From contig CAUJCU010000010.1 in NCBI GenBank assembly GCA_963169745.1, forward strand, positions 131,487 through 195,486: a stretch of DNA of 64,000 nt, in the 5' to 3' direction. Below, piece by piece: positions 28,092-37,389 of this stretch. Made by a program: the position numbers and the translations under genes. The stretch's first letter is position 1. Every line of letters starts with the position of its first letter. The notes under the pieces are model-generated. The model worked only from the letters and a program-made list of their open reading frames with translations. It did no database searches and had not been told where the DNA came from. The stretch is from Bacteroidota bacterium (GTDB taxonomy: Bacteria; Bacteroidota; Bacteroidia; UBA4408).

Positions 28092-28955
28092 ATGTATTTA
28101 ATAGCCGATAGCGGATCAACCAAATGCGACTGGATGTTGCTCAAAGACAATAACCAAACCGAATTATTCAGCACCATGGGATTTAATCCTTTTTTTCATA
28201 ACGAAACCATTATTAGCAATGCCATCATAAATAATAAAGATTTGGCTCAATATGCCGATAAGGTTGAACTGATTTTTTTATATAGTGCCGGATGCAGTAG
28301 TAAAGAGCTAAAGCAGATAGTAGAACGTGGCTTAAAGCTTGTTTTTTCCAAAGCACATATATATGTAGATCACGATTTGGTTGGAGCAGCTTTTTCTACA
28401 TATAGTGGAACTCCCGGAATTACCTGTATTTTGGGAACAGGATCAAACTCCTGTTTTTTTGATGGAGATATAGTTTCTGAAGAAGTGCCAGCACTAGGTT
28501 ATATATTAGGAGACGAAGGAAGTGGGAGTTATTTTGGAAAGAAATTGTTGGCTGATTATTTGTATAAAAAATTACCGCAAGAAATACACACAGTGCTACA
28601 GAACGACTTCAAACTCAGTAAAAAGGAAATATTCGAAAGTGTTTATATGAAGCCCCATGCTAACGTTTATTTAGCTTCGTTTATGAAAATATTTTCATCG
28701 TTTAAAGAGCTCCCTTATGTTAAAGAGACTGTTGCAAAGGGTATGGCTCATTTTTTACAAAATCATGTGTGTTGTTTTCCTAACTATAAAAAAGTTCCGG
28801 TTCATTTTATTGGCTCTATTGCTTACCATTTTGAAAGTATTTTACATCAGGAAGCAGAAAAGCTTGACATTCAAGTAGGAAATATAATTAAAAAGCCCAT
28901 TGATGGTTTGGTTAGTTATCACTTAAAGTATTTAATAAAAACTAAAAAGGCATAG
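28092..28955 (+). CDS. BadF/BadG/BcrA/BcrD-type ATPase (N-acetylglucosamine kinase-like, ASKHA fold)
   Basis: MYLIADSGSTKCDWML N-terminal phosphate-1 motif, ILGTGSNS phosphate-2 motif and GDEGSGSYFG adenosine motif. Confidence 0.65.
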   Translation: MYLIADSGSTKCDWMLLKDNNQTELFSTMGFNPFFHNETIISNAIINNKDLAQYADKVELIFLYSAGCSSKELKQIVERGLKLVFSKAHIYVDHDLVGAAFSTYSGTPGITCILGTGSNSCFFDGDIVSEEVPALGYILGDEGSGSYFGKKLLADYLYKKLPQEIHTVLQNDFKLSKKEIFESVYMKPHANVYLASFMKIFSSFKELPYVKETVAKGMAHFLQNHVCCFPNYKKVPVHFIGSIAYHFESILHQEAEKLDIQVGNIIKKPIDGLVSYHLKYLIKTKKA

Positions 28956-29110
28956 GCTAATCATGCATTATACCCTTCGCTCAAAAGAGAGTTTTGTGGT
29001 ATGATGTGAATAAATAAGGTTGTTTTGACTTTTAGAGATTAATTACTTTTTCAAGCATAATTTTTTATTGGTACTTTTGCAGTTCTGCTTAAATCAAATA
29101 TTTATTAGCT

Positions 29111-30508
29111 GTGATTAAACCAAATATACCTAAAGGAATGCGTGATTTTTCGCCCGTTGAAATGGGGAAAAGAAATTATATTTTTAATATTATTCGCAAT
29201 AGTTTTCAAAAGTTTGGCTTTTTACCTTTAGAGACTCCGGCTATGGAAAGCCTGAGTACTCTTACCGGAAAATATGGAGATGAAGGAGACAGACTAATTT
29301 TTAAAGTGCTTAATTCGGGAGATTTTCTTGAAAAGACTACTTTAAGAACTGATCCTACTAAGGAAATAACTGTTCAAAATGTATTAACTCAAATTTCAGA
29401 AAAAGCACTTCGCTATGATTTAACTGTGCCTTTTGCACGTTACGTGGTAATGCATCGTCACGAAATTAATTTTCCTTTTAAGCGCTATCAGATTCAACCT
29501 GTATGGCGTGCCGATAGACCACAAAAAGGGCGTTATCGAGAATTTTATCAATGCGATGCTGATATTATTGGGAGTAACTCTTTATGGAACGAATTTGAGT
29601 TGATACAATTACTGGATGATGTTTTTACACGTTTAGGCTTAAAGGTTGTTATTAAAATAAATAATCGCAAAATACTTTCCGGAATAGCAGAGTATATCGG
29701 TGCATCAGGTAGTGTAACAGATATAACCGTAGCCATTGATAAACTGGATAAAATAGGTAAAGAGAAAGTGATTGAAGAATTACAACAAAAGGGAATAATG
29801 CCCGAAGCTATTGATAAAATTAAGCCTTTATTAGATTTTAAGCCGATTACGGCAATAGGAAATGAAACTTCAACTTACTTAAATGAGCTTATAGGAAATA
29901 CAAAAATTGGACAAAAAGGGATTGATGAATTGAAAGTTTTATTTGAACAAACCACTAAAATTCCACTGCAAACAGCACGATTTGAATTTGACTTAACACT
30001 AGCACGAGGCTTAAACTATTATACCGGAGCAATTTTTGAAGTAAAGTTAAATGAAGAAAAGATCAAATTTTCGGGCAGCCTTTCGGGTGGGGGCCGTTAT
30101 GATGATTTAACCGGAATTTTTGGTTTGCCGAATTTATCAGGTGTTGGTATTTCTTTTGGGGCCGATAGAATTTATGATGTACTTGAGGAGTTGCAACTTT
30201 TTCCTGACGATCGTCTAAACCATATTAAAGTTATGATTGCAAACTTTGGAAGCGACACCACAGGCTTTTGTTTAAAATTATTATATACATTGAGACAACA
30301 TGGAATTGCTGCCATTTTTTATCCGGATGAAGTTAAAATTAAAAAACAGTTTGAGTATGCTCATGCTCTAAAAATACCCTTTGTTGTAATAATTGGGGAG
30401 GAAGAGCTTAAACTCGAAAAAATTTCGGTTAAAACCATGAGTAATGGGCATCAAGAAACAGTAAGCGTAAATCATCTTTTACAATTACTTAAAGGAACAT
30501 TGATTTAA
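29111..30508 (+). CDS. hisS: Histidine--tRNA ligase
   Basis: GTG start. The product begins MIKPNIPKGMRDFSPVEM, the class-II HisRS signature. Motif 2 (FKRYQIQPVWRADRPQKGRYREFYQCDADIIG) and motif 3 (GGGRYDDL) are present. Confidence 0.9.
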   Translation: MIKPNIPKGMRDFSPVEMGKRNYIFNIIRNSFQKFGFLPLETPAMESLSTLTGKYGDEGDRLIFKVLNSGDFLEKTTLRTDPTKEITVQNVLTQISEKALRYDLTVPFARYVVMHRHEINFPFKRYQIQPVWRADRPQKGRYREFYQCDADIIGSNSLWNEFELIQLLDDVFTRLGLKVVIKINNRKILSGIAEYIGASGSVTDITVAIDKLDKIGKEKVIEELQQKGIMPEAIDKIKPLLDFKPITAIGNETSTYLNELIGNTKIGQKGIDELKVLFEQTTKIPLQTARFEFDLTLARGLNYYTGAIFEVKLNEEKIKFSGSLSGGGRYDDLTGIFGLPNLSGVGISFGADRIYDVLEELQLFPDDRLNHIKVMIANFGSDTTGFCLKLLYTLRQHGIAAIFYPDEVKIKKQFEYAHALKIPFVVIIGEEELKLEKISVKTMSNGHQETVSVNHLLQLLKGTLI

Positions 30509-30520
30509 AAAGTTTTTATC

Positions 30521-32011
30521 ATGACTCATTTTATTTCCACAAAACCACTACTTATAGAGCACATACAGCATATAATAGAGAAAAATTTAAAAATTAAGCT
30601 TTCGGAAGATGCTGTAAACAAAATAATATTCTGCAGGAATTATCTTGATGAAAAGATTAAAAATCATCCTGAGCCCATTTACGGTATCAATACAGGCTTT
30701 GGCTCACTATGTGATGTTTCCATTGAGGAAAAAAATTTATCACGCCTGCAAAAAAACCTGATTATGTCTCATGCTTGTGGTGCAGGAAAAGAAGTAAGCA
30801 AGGATATAATAAGGTTAATGTTATTGTTAAAAATACAATCATTAAGCTATGGAAAATCGGGTGTGCAGCTTTTTACTGTAGAACGTTTAATTGACTTTTA
30901 TAACCATGAGATTTATCCGGTGGTGTATGAGCAAGGATCTTTAGGTGCTTCCGGTGATTTGGCTCCTCTGGCTCATTTATGTTTACCCTTATTGGGGATG
31001 GGAGAGGTTTACTACCAAAATAAAAAATATACGGCTGCCGAAATACTAAAAAAATTTAATTGGCCACCAATTGAACTGATGTCAAAAGAAGGCTTGGCTT
31101 TACTAAACGGAACCCAGTTTATGGGCGCATACAGTATTTGGTGTTTGTTACAAGCCAAAAAAATTACTTTTTGGGCCGATTTGATCGGTACCGTTTCATT
31201 AGAAGCATTTGACGGCCGTATTGACCCTTTTCAGGCGAAATTGCATGAGATACGACCACATCAAGGTCAAATAAAAACAGCACAAAATATTTTAGATTTT
31301 TTACAAGGGAGTGAGATCATTCAACAAAAGAAAGAGCATGTTCAGGACCCCTATTCCTTTCGATGTATGCCGCAAGTTCATGGGGCATCAAAAGATGCTT
31401 TACAATTTATAGAACAAACCTTAGTAACTGAAATAAATTCTGTAACTGACAACCCAACCATATTTCCTGAAAGTGATGAAATACTTTCGGGTGGAAATTT
31501 TCATGGACAACCACTGGCCATAGCACTTGACTTGCTTTGTATAGCCATGGCCGAATTAGGAAGTATTTCAGAGCGAAGAACCTATCAGCTTATTTCTGGC
31601 TCACGAAAATTACCGGCTTTTTTGGTGGCACATTCAGGACTTAATTCAGGATTTATGATACCTCAATATACTGCAGCCTCAATTGTTAGTCAAAACAAAC
31701 AATACTGTACACCTGCAAGTGCCGACTCTATAGTTTCGAGCAATGGACAAGAAGATCACGTTAGTATGGGAGCTAATGCTGCCGTGAAATGTGCTCAGGT
31801 GGTTAATAATGTTTACACCATTTTAGGTATTGAACTTCTAAATGCCATGCAGGCCCTTGATTTTAGAAAACCTTTAAAAGCAGGGGTAAAAATTGAACAA
31901 ATGCGTAAGTCTTATCGTGACAGTATTGCTTTTGTTGATGAAGATAGGTATATGTATCCTTTAATTCAAGAAAGCGTCAACTTTATTAAAAATTATTCTT
32001 TCCCTCAATAA
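30521..32011 (+). CDS. hutH: Histidine ammonia-lyase
   Basis: MIO-forming GSLGASGDLAPL triad. The substrate-selectivity dyad is Ser-His (IMSHACGAG), as in genuine HALs and not TAL/PAL. 496 aa. Confidence 0.85.
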   Translation: MTHFISTKPLLIEHIQHIIEKNLKIKLSEDAVNKIIFCRNYLDEKIKNHPEPIYGINTGFGSLCDVSIEEKNLSRLQKNLIMSHACGAGKEVSKDIIRLMLLLKIQSLSYGKSGVQLFTVERLIDFYNHEIYPVVYEQGSLGASGDLAPLAHLCLPLLGMGEVYYQNKKYTAAEILKKFNWPPIELMSKEGLALLNGTQFMGAYSIWCLLQAKKITFWADLIGTVSLEAFDGRIDPFQAKLHEIRPHQGQIKTAQNILDFLQGSEIIQQKKEHVQDPYSFRCMPQVHGASKDALQFIEQTLVTEINSVTDNPTIFPESDEILSGGNFHGQPLAIALDLLCIAMAELGSISERRTYQLISGSRKLPAFLVAHSGLNSGFMIPQYTAASIVSQNKQYCTPASADSIVSSNGQEDHVSMGANAAVKCAQVVNNVYTILGIELLNAMQALDFRKPLKAGVKIEQMRKSYRDSIAFVDEDRYMYPLIQESVNFIKNYSFPQ

Positions 32012-32142
32012 TCTTGAAGTTTTACCTCTCCTTGAAAAAAAAATAATATAGCGAATAATTTCTATACATACAGGCCATAAGAAAAAGTTAAATAGCGAAT
32101 ACTTTTAAATAAAAGTATAACTTAGCTTACTTTTTTAGAGTA

Positions 32143-34263
32143 ATGAGTAAAAGTATTTTGCGCTATATATTCCTTTGTTTGTTTCTATTTCCATATTTCG
32201 GCTATGCTCAAAATATTATAAGTAGGCAAATTGACTCTTTGGAACAACAGGTAGTTAAAATGCCTGATGATACAAGCAAGATAAATAAAATTCTTACCCT
32301 TTGTTTATTCTTAAACAAAGAATCCAGCCATGAGAAAGTAATTGTTTGGGCAACAAAGGCACTTAAATTAGCACAAAAATTATCCTATACAGATGGACAA
32401 GCAAAGGCCTATTCATATATAGGAACATCGCTTAGAAAATCGGGAAATTATTATGAATCCATTAGCAACTACAAAAAATCAGAGACTCTTTTAAAACAGT
32501 CTAACAATAAAACTGAATTAAGCAGTTTATACAACAGAATAGGAGTTACTTATTGGCGTATGGGCCTGTATCCACGTGCTCAAAATTGTTTTTTTCAATC
32601 ACTTAAAATTGCCGAAGAAATTCACGACTCAACTGGAATTGCTAATGCTTGGGGAAATTTAGGTTTGGTTTATCATAATAATTCTCAATTTACGGAAGCC
32701 CTCACATATCATCTAAAGGCGCTAGACTATTACTTCCGAACGAATAATAAAAAAGAGATAGCTGCTTCATATACAAATTTAGGGAACATATTTTCTGCCA
32801 AGGGAATACCTGAAAAAGCGTTAGTTTATTACAAAAAGTCATTGGATATAAAAAAACAAATTGAAGATCGAGAGGGCACATGTATTGCTCTTGTAAATAT
32901 TTGTAATGAGTTATATACTTTAGGGAACTATTTGGAATGTAACCAGTATGCTCAAGAGGCTTTGGTTATTGCTACAGAAATAAATTCGAAATTTCATATT
33001 ATAGAAATACAAATATTAATGGCAAAACTTAATTTAAAGTTAAATCAAAGTTTGATTGCCCGTAAATATGCAGAATCTGCTTTAGCACATGCTAAAGAGA
33101 TCATGTCAAATGAGATGCTAAGTAGTGCATATACCTATTTATCTCAAGTAGATTCATCAGAAAAGAAATGGGAGCGTGCTTATTTGAATTATAGAATGGC
33201 AATTCAATACAGAGACAGTGTTTATAATGACGAAAATAGAGTTAAAATTTCTGAACAGGCGATGCAATATGAATATGATAAAAAAGAGTCAATTCAAAAA
33301 GCAGAACAGGATAAAAAGGATGCTCTAGCTGCTGAAGAAGTTAAAAAACAAAATATTATACGTAACACACTTATTTTTGGTATTTCTGTAGTTGTTGTTA
33401 TTTCCATTATCTTATATAAGAATTATCAGAATAAGAAAAGAGACAATGAAATAATCAACTCACAAAAGCTATTGGTTGAAACAAAAAACAAAGAAATTTT
33501 ACAATCATTAAGTTATGCCAAACGAATTCAGGGAGCTATTTTGCCTCCGGCTCGCATAATAAGCAAGTTTATTCCAGACTGGTTTATTTTGTATTTACCA
33601 AAAGACATTGTAGCCGGAGACTTTTATTGGATTGAGCGTGAAGGAAATAAAACGTATATAGCTGTTTGTGACTGTACCGGTCATGGCGTTCCGGGTGCTT
33701 TGGTTTCAGTAGTGTGCTATAATGCATTGAATACTGCTTTTAATGAGTTTATAATTAGAGAACCAGGTAAACTGCTTGATAAAACAAGAGATTTAGTAGT
33801 TGAAAGTTTTACGAAAAGTGACGAAGACGTAAATGACGGTATGGATACTTCTTTGATTTGTATTGACTTTGATACTAAGGAGTGCCAATGGAGTGGCGCT
33901 AACAATCCTTTATGGATAGTACGTAAGGTTTGGAATGGAACCCAACATAGTCCCCAACTTATAGAAATAAAACCGGATAAGCAGCCCATTGGAAAAGGAG
34001 TAGGGGATAGGAATTTTACTACACATAATTTTACTTTACAATCTGAAGACATGGTTTACCTTTTTACTGATGGTTATGCCGATCAGTTTGGAGGTGAAAA
34101 AAATAGAAAACTAAATAAATCAAATCTGAAAGAACTACTTGTTGAAAATTATTACTTTCAACAGGAGAGTCAAAAAGAGAATTTGCTTAACTTTCATAAT
34201 TCTTATAAGGGTAACCACGAGCAGATTGATGATATATGTATCATCGGAATAAAAATATCTTAA
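32143..34263 (+). CDS. Membrane-anchored sensor phosphatase: periplasmic TPR array, single TM, cytoplasmic PP2C/SpoIIE domain
   Basis: Signal peptide, then about 9 TPR-like repeats (YxxLGxxY...), a TM (LIFGISVVVVISIILY) and a C-terminal PP2C region (GDFYWIE...DCTGHGVPGAL...DGMDTSLI...FTDGYADQFG). Confidence 0.75.
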   Translation: MSKSILRYIFLCLFLFPYFGYAQNIISRQIDSLEQQVVKMPDDTSKINKILTLCLFLNKESSHEKVIVWATKALKLAQKLSYTDGQAKAYSYIGTSLRKSGNYYESISNYKKSETLLKQSNNKTELSSLYNRIGVTYWRMGLYPRAQNCFFQSLKIAEEIHDSTGIANAWGNLGLVYHNNSQFTEALTYHLKALDYYFRTNNKKEIAASYTNLGNIFSAKGIPEKALVYYKKSLDIKKQIEDREGTCIALVNICNELYTLGNYLECNQYAQEALVIATEINSKFHIIEIQILMAKLNLKLNQSLIARKYAESALAHAKEIMSNEMLSSAYTYLSQVDSSEKKWERAYLNYRMAIQYRDSVYNDENRVKISEQAMQYEYDKKESIQKAEQDKKDALAAEEVKKQNIIRNTLIFGISVVVVISIILYKNYQNKKRDNEIINSQKLLVETKNKEILQSLSYAKRIQGAILPPARIISKFIPDWFILYLPKDIVAGDFYWIEREGNKTYIAVCDCTGHGVPGALVSVVCYNALNTAFNEFIIREPGKLLDKTRDLVVESFTKSDEDVNDGMDTSLICIDFDTKECQWSGANNPLWIVRKVWNGTQHSPQLIEIKPDKQPIGKGVGDRNFTTHNFTLQSEDMVYLFTDGYADQFGGEKNRKLNKSNLKELLVENYYFQQESQKENLLNFHNSYKGNHEQIDDICIIGIKIS

Positions 34264-34337
34264 TAAAAATGGCATCAAATTTATTCTTTGTAAGGGTATT
34301 TCTTTTGTAAAATTGTAACCTTAAATGACTCATTAAA

Positions 34338-35573
34338 TTGCTTCGTGAAAATATAAAAATAGCCTTATTAGCTATTAAGGGTAATATGCTTAGGTCGGTA
34401 TTAACTATACTTATTATTGCAATAGGCATTACTGCACTTGTTGGAATTTTAACAGCTATTGATTCCATCAAACAAACTATTAACTCAAGTTTTACAAACT
34501 TGGGAGCTAATACTTTTACAATTCGCAATAAAGAGCTTTCAGTGCATATTGGTCAGGGTGGTAGGAAACCAAAAATATATCCTCAAATTTCGTATTTCCA
34601 GGCCCGCCAGTTTAAAAGAAAATATAATTATCAAGCATCAGTTTCTATATCATCGGTGGTAGGACAAGCCGCAGTTATTAAATACAAAAATTTAAAAACC
34701 AATCCGAATGTAGCTATTCTTGCTGTTAACGAAAACTATTTGCAAAGTATGGGTTACGAGCTTACAGCAGGCCGAAATATTTCCTCTACCGAGGCAGACC
34801 AAGGAGGGCATGTAGTGCTTATTAGTAAAGAAATTGTAAACCGAATATTCCCGAAACAAAAAAATATTTTGAATGAAGAAATTAAAATTGGTGGAGCAAA
34901 ATATAAAGTGATTGGTATTCTAAAAGAAAAAGGGTCTGGTATGGGTATGGGAGGCGACAAAACAATTTTTATTCCATTAACCAATGGCCCTCAGTTTGCA
35001 CAAGCTGGCGACCATTTGAATTATGTGATAAATGTAACTTCTTCCAGCCCAAGAGATATGGAAATAGCCGAAGAAGAAGCACGCGGAACGCTACGGCAAG
35101 TTAGAGGTCTGAAACCCGGTGAAGAAGATAATTTTGAGATTATAAAAAGTGATAGTTTATCAAATCTTCTTATTGAAAATATAAGCTTTGTAACTATTGC
35201 AGCAACTATAATTGGGCTAATCACATTAATTGGTGCAGCTATAGGCTTAATGAACATTATGCTGGTTTCTGTATCAGAACGAACCCGAGAAATAGGTGTT
35301 CGAAAATCATTAGGAGCCACCAATAAATTAATTCGTATGCAATTTTTGATTGAAGCCATCGTGATTTGCCAAATTGGGGGCATTTTAGGTATTATACTGG
35401 GTATTGCTACCGGAAATATTACCTCTTTTTTTATGGATGCGCCTTTTATTATTCCGTGGTTGTGGATCATTTCAGGATTACTTATTTGTTTAACAGTAGG
35501 TTTGTTGGCCGGAATTTATCCTGCTGTTAAGGCATCAAAACTCGATCCGGTAGAGGCTTTAAGGAATGAATAA
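34338..35573 (+). CDS. FtsX/MacB-type ABC transporter permease (MacB_PCD plus FtsX domains)
   Basis: N-terminal TM, a large extracytoplasmic domain, then the FtsX 4-helix bundle with the characteristic VSVSERTREIGVRKSLGAT loop. Confidence 0.75.
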   Translation: MLRENIKIALLAIKGNMLRSVLTILIIAIGITALVGILTAIDSIKQTINSSFTNLGANTFTIRNKELSVHIGQGGRKPKIYPQISYFQARQFKRKYNYQASVSISSVVGQAAVIKYKNLKTNPNVAILAVNENYLQSMGYELTAGRNISSTEADQGGHVVLISKEIVNRIFPKQKNILNEEIKIGGAKYKVIGILKEKGSGMGMGGDKTIFIPLTNGPQFAQAGDHLNYVINVTSSSPRDMEIAEEEARGTLRQVRGLKPGEEDNFEIIKSDSLSNLLIENISFVTIAATIIGLITLIGAAIGLMNIMLVSVSERTREIGVRKSLGATNKLIRMQFLIEAIVICQIGGILGIILGIATGNITSFFMDAPFIIPWLWIISGLLICLTVGLLAGIYPAVKASKLDPVEALRNE

Positions 35574-35694
35574 AATGCAATTGTGTATTAACGGGAATAA
35601 GTTTATTGATTAAAGTATTGATGTTTTCTAATATTTTTCTTTTGTTTACGCTCTCAAATATAATTGTACTATAATTTAATCTGATAAAAAATAT

Positions 35695-37368
35695 ATGACA
35701 ACAAATCAGGCAAGCAAACACCCTAAAGGCTTATGGGTGCTTTTTGGAACAGAAATGTGGGAGCGCTTTAACTTTTATGGTATGCGGGCATTGCTTACAT
35801 TGTTTTTGGTAAATTCTCTCATGTTCCAAGAAAAAGAGGCATCTCTTATTTATGGAGGATTTTTAGGTCTGTGTTATTTAACACCCATGTTAGGAGGTTT
35901 TATAGCCGACCGTTACTTAGGCAACAGAAATTGTATTATGTTGGGGGGCTTGTTGATGGCTATTGGTCAATTGATGTTGTTTACCAGTGCTACAATTTTT
36001 CCATCAGATATTGAATTGGCTAAAACTTTTATGTATGCTGCCTTACTGGTTATAATATTCGGAAATGGGTTCTTCAAACCTAATATTTCCAGTATGGTAG
36101 GGAGCTTATACCCAAAAACAGAAAAAAATAAATTAGATACTGCCTTTACTATCTTTTATATGGGAATTAATTTGGGTGCTTTTTTAGGCCAGTTGCTTTG
36201 CCCACTTTTAGGAGATGTAAAGGACATAAATGGAGTTAGAGATATTTATGCCTTTAAATATGGCTTTTTAGCTGCAGCCATAGCTATGCTTATTGGAACT
36301 TTAATTTTCTTTCTACTAAAAAATAAGTATGTAGTTTCGCCAACCGGACGGCCATTAGGGGGCTTACCTTCAAAACGAGAGGAAGCCGATTTTGAGGAAG
36401 GAGAAGCTCAGAAAGCAACGTTTACCAGTACTTCTTTAATTTTTTCATTATTTAGTTTAATGGGCTTAGGGGCACTCTTTTATTATGTTTTTGGGCAAAA
36501 TGTTATCTACTCATTAATTTATGCTAGTGGACTTACATTGGCTGGTTTAATATTATCTGATAAATCATTGACAAAAATTGAAAAAGATAGAATATTGGTT
36601 ATTTATATTGTTTCATTCTTTGTTATATTCTTTTGGGCGGCATTTGAACAAGCCGGGTCATCGTTAACTTTTATTGCCGACAATCAAACCGACCGAAGCT
36701 TTTTTGGTTGGCAAATGCCTCCTTCAATGGTTCAAATATTTAATGGTGTGTTTGTGGTTATCTTTGCTGTTCCATTCAGTATTCTTTGGGATAAACTTCG
36801 AGCAGCGGGTAAAGAACCGGTTTCACCTATGAAACAGTCATTTGGATTGGCCTTAATTGCATTAAGCTATTTTATTATTGCTAATAATGTAAAAAGCCTA
36901 GGCGATTCAGGTTTACTTGCTGTTTATTGGTTAATCTTATTATACTTAATTCAAACCCTGGGCGAGTTGTGTTTATCTCCAATTGGCCTTTCATTAGTAG
37001 GGAAATTAGCCCCTAAAAGATTTGCTTCGTTACTGTATGGAGTATTTTTTATTTCAAATGCTTCGGGATACGCACTTGCCGGAACTTTAGGCTCTATTTT
37101 ACCAGCTACAGGTGATAAGTTTATGAAAGCCAAAGAACTTGGAATTGATTTACAAGCAGTATTAGATAAAAAAATAACTCCATCAACAGAGCAATTAGAC
37201 CTACTTATAAAAAACCAAATCAGCACAGAATATCCTGTTTTTGCAGGATTTACGATACATAATTTATATGAATTTTTTATGGTATTTGTTGTGCTTTGCG
37301 GAATTGCGAGTATCATTTTATTTGCTATAAGCCCAAAACTCAAAAAAATGATGCATGGTGTTAATTAA
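35695..37368 (+). CDS. Proton-dependent oligopeptide transporter (POT/PTR2 family, MFS)
   Basis: PTR2 signature GLWVLFGTEMWERFNFYGMRALL and a second motif FKPNISSMVGSLY. 557 aa with about 14 TM helices. Confidence 0.85.
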   Translation: MTTNQASKHPKGLWVLFGTEMWERFNFYGMRALLTLFLVNSLMFQEKEASLIYGGFLGLCYLTPMLGGFIADRYLGNRNCIMLGGLLMAIGQLMLFTSATIFPSDIELAKTFMYAALLVIIFGNGFFKPNISSMVGSLYPKTEKNKLDTAFTIFYMGINLGAFLGQLLCPLLGDVKDINGVRDIYAFKYGFLAAAIAMLIGTLIFFLLKNKYVVSPTGRPLGGLPSKREEADFEEGEAQKATFTSTSLIFSLFSLMGLGALFYYVFGQNVIYSLIYASGLTLAGLILSDKSLTKIEKDRILVIYIVSFFVIFFWAAFEQAGSSLTFIADNQTDRSFFGWQMPPSMVQIFNGVFVVIFAVPFSILWDKLRAAGKEPVSPMKQSFGLALIALSYFIIANNVKSLGDSGLLAVYWLILLYLIQTLGELCLSPIGLSLVGKLAPKRFASLLYGVFFISNASGYALAGTLGSILPATGDKFMKAKELGIDLQAVLDKKITPSTEQLDLLIKNQISTEYPVFAGFTIHNLYEFFMVFVVLCGIASIILFAISPKLKKMMHGVN

Positions 37369-37389
37369 CTTATCTGTAAAAATTAGCTT

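Noticed and set aside
30521-32011. HAL-family gene as a tyrosine ammonia-lyase for flexirubin/aryl-polyene biosynthesis
   Set aside because: The selectivity dyad is Ser-His (IMSHACGAG), characteristic of histidine ammonia-lyases, where TAL has His-Leu and PAL has Phe-Leu. No darAB/CoA-ligase/KS genes are nearby.
35021-35470. 149-aa antisense ORF inside the FtsX permease gene; similar antisense ORFs at 33717-34052, 34241-34528, 36951-37343, 54363-54686 and 61255-61629
   Set aside because: All lie fully within well-supported genes on the opposite strand. They have low-complexity, Ile/Ser/Pro-rich composition typical of the antisense frame of AT-rich coding sequence, and no motifs. They were treated as spurious.
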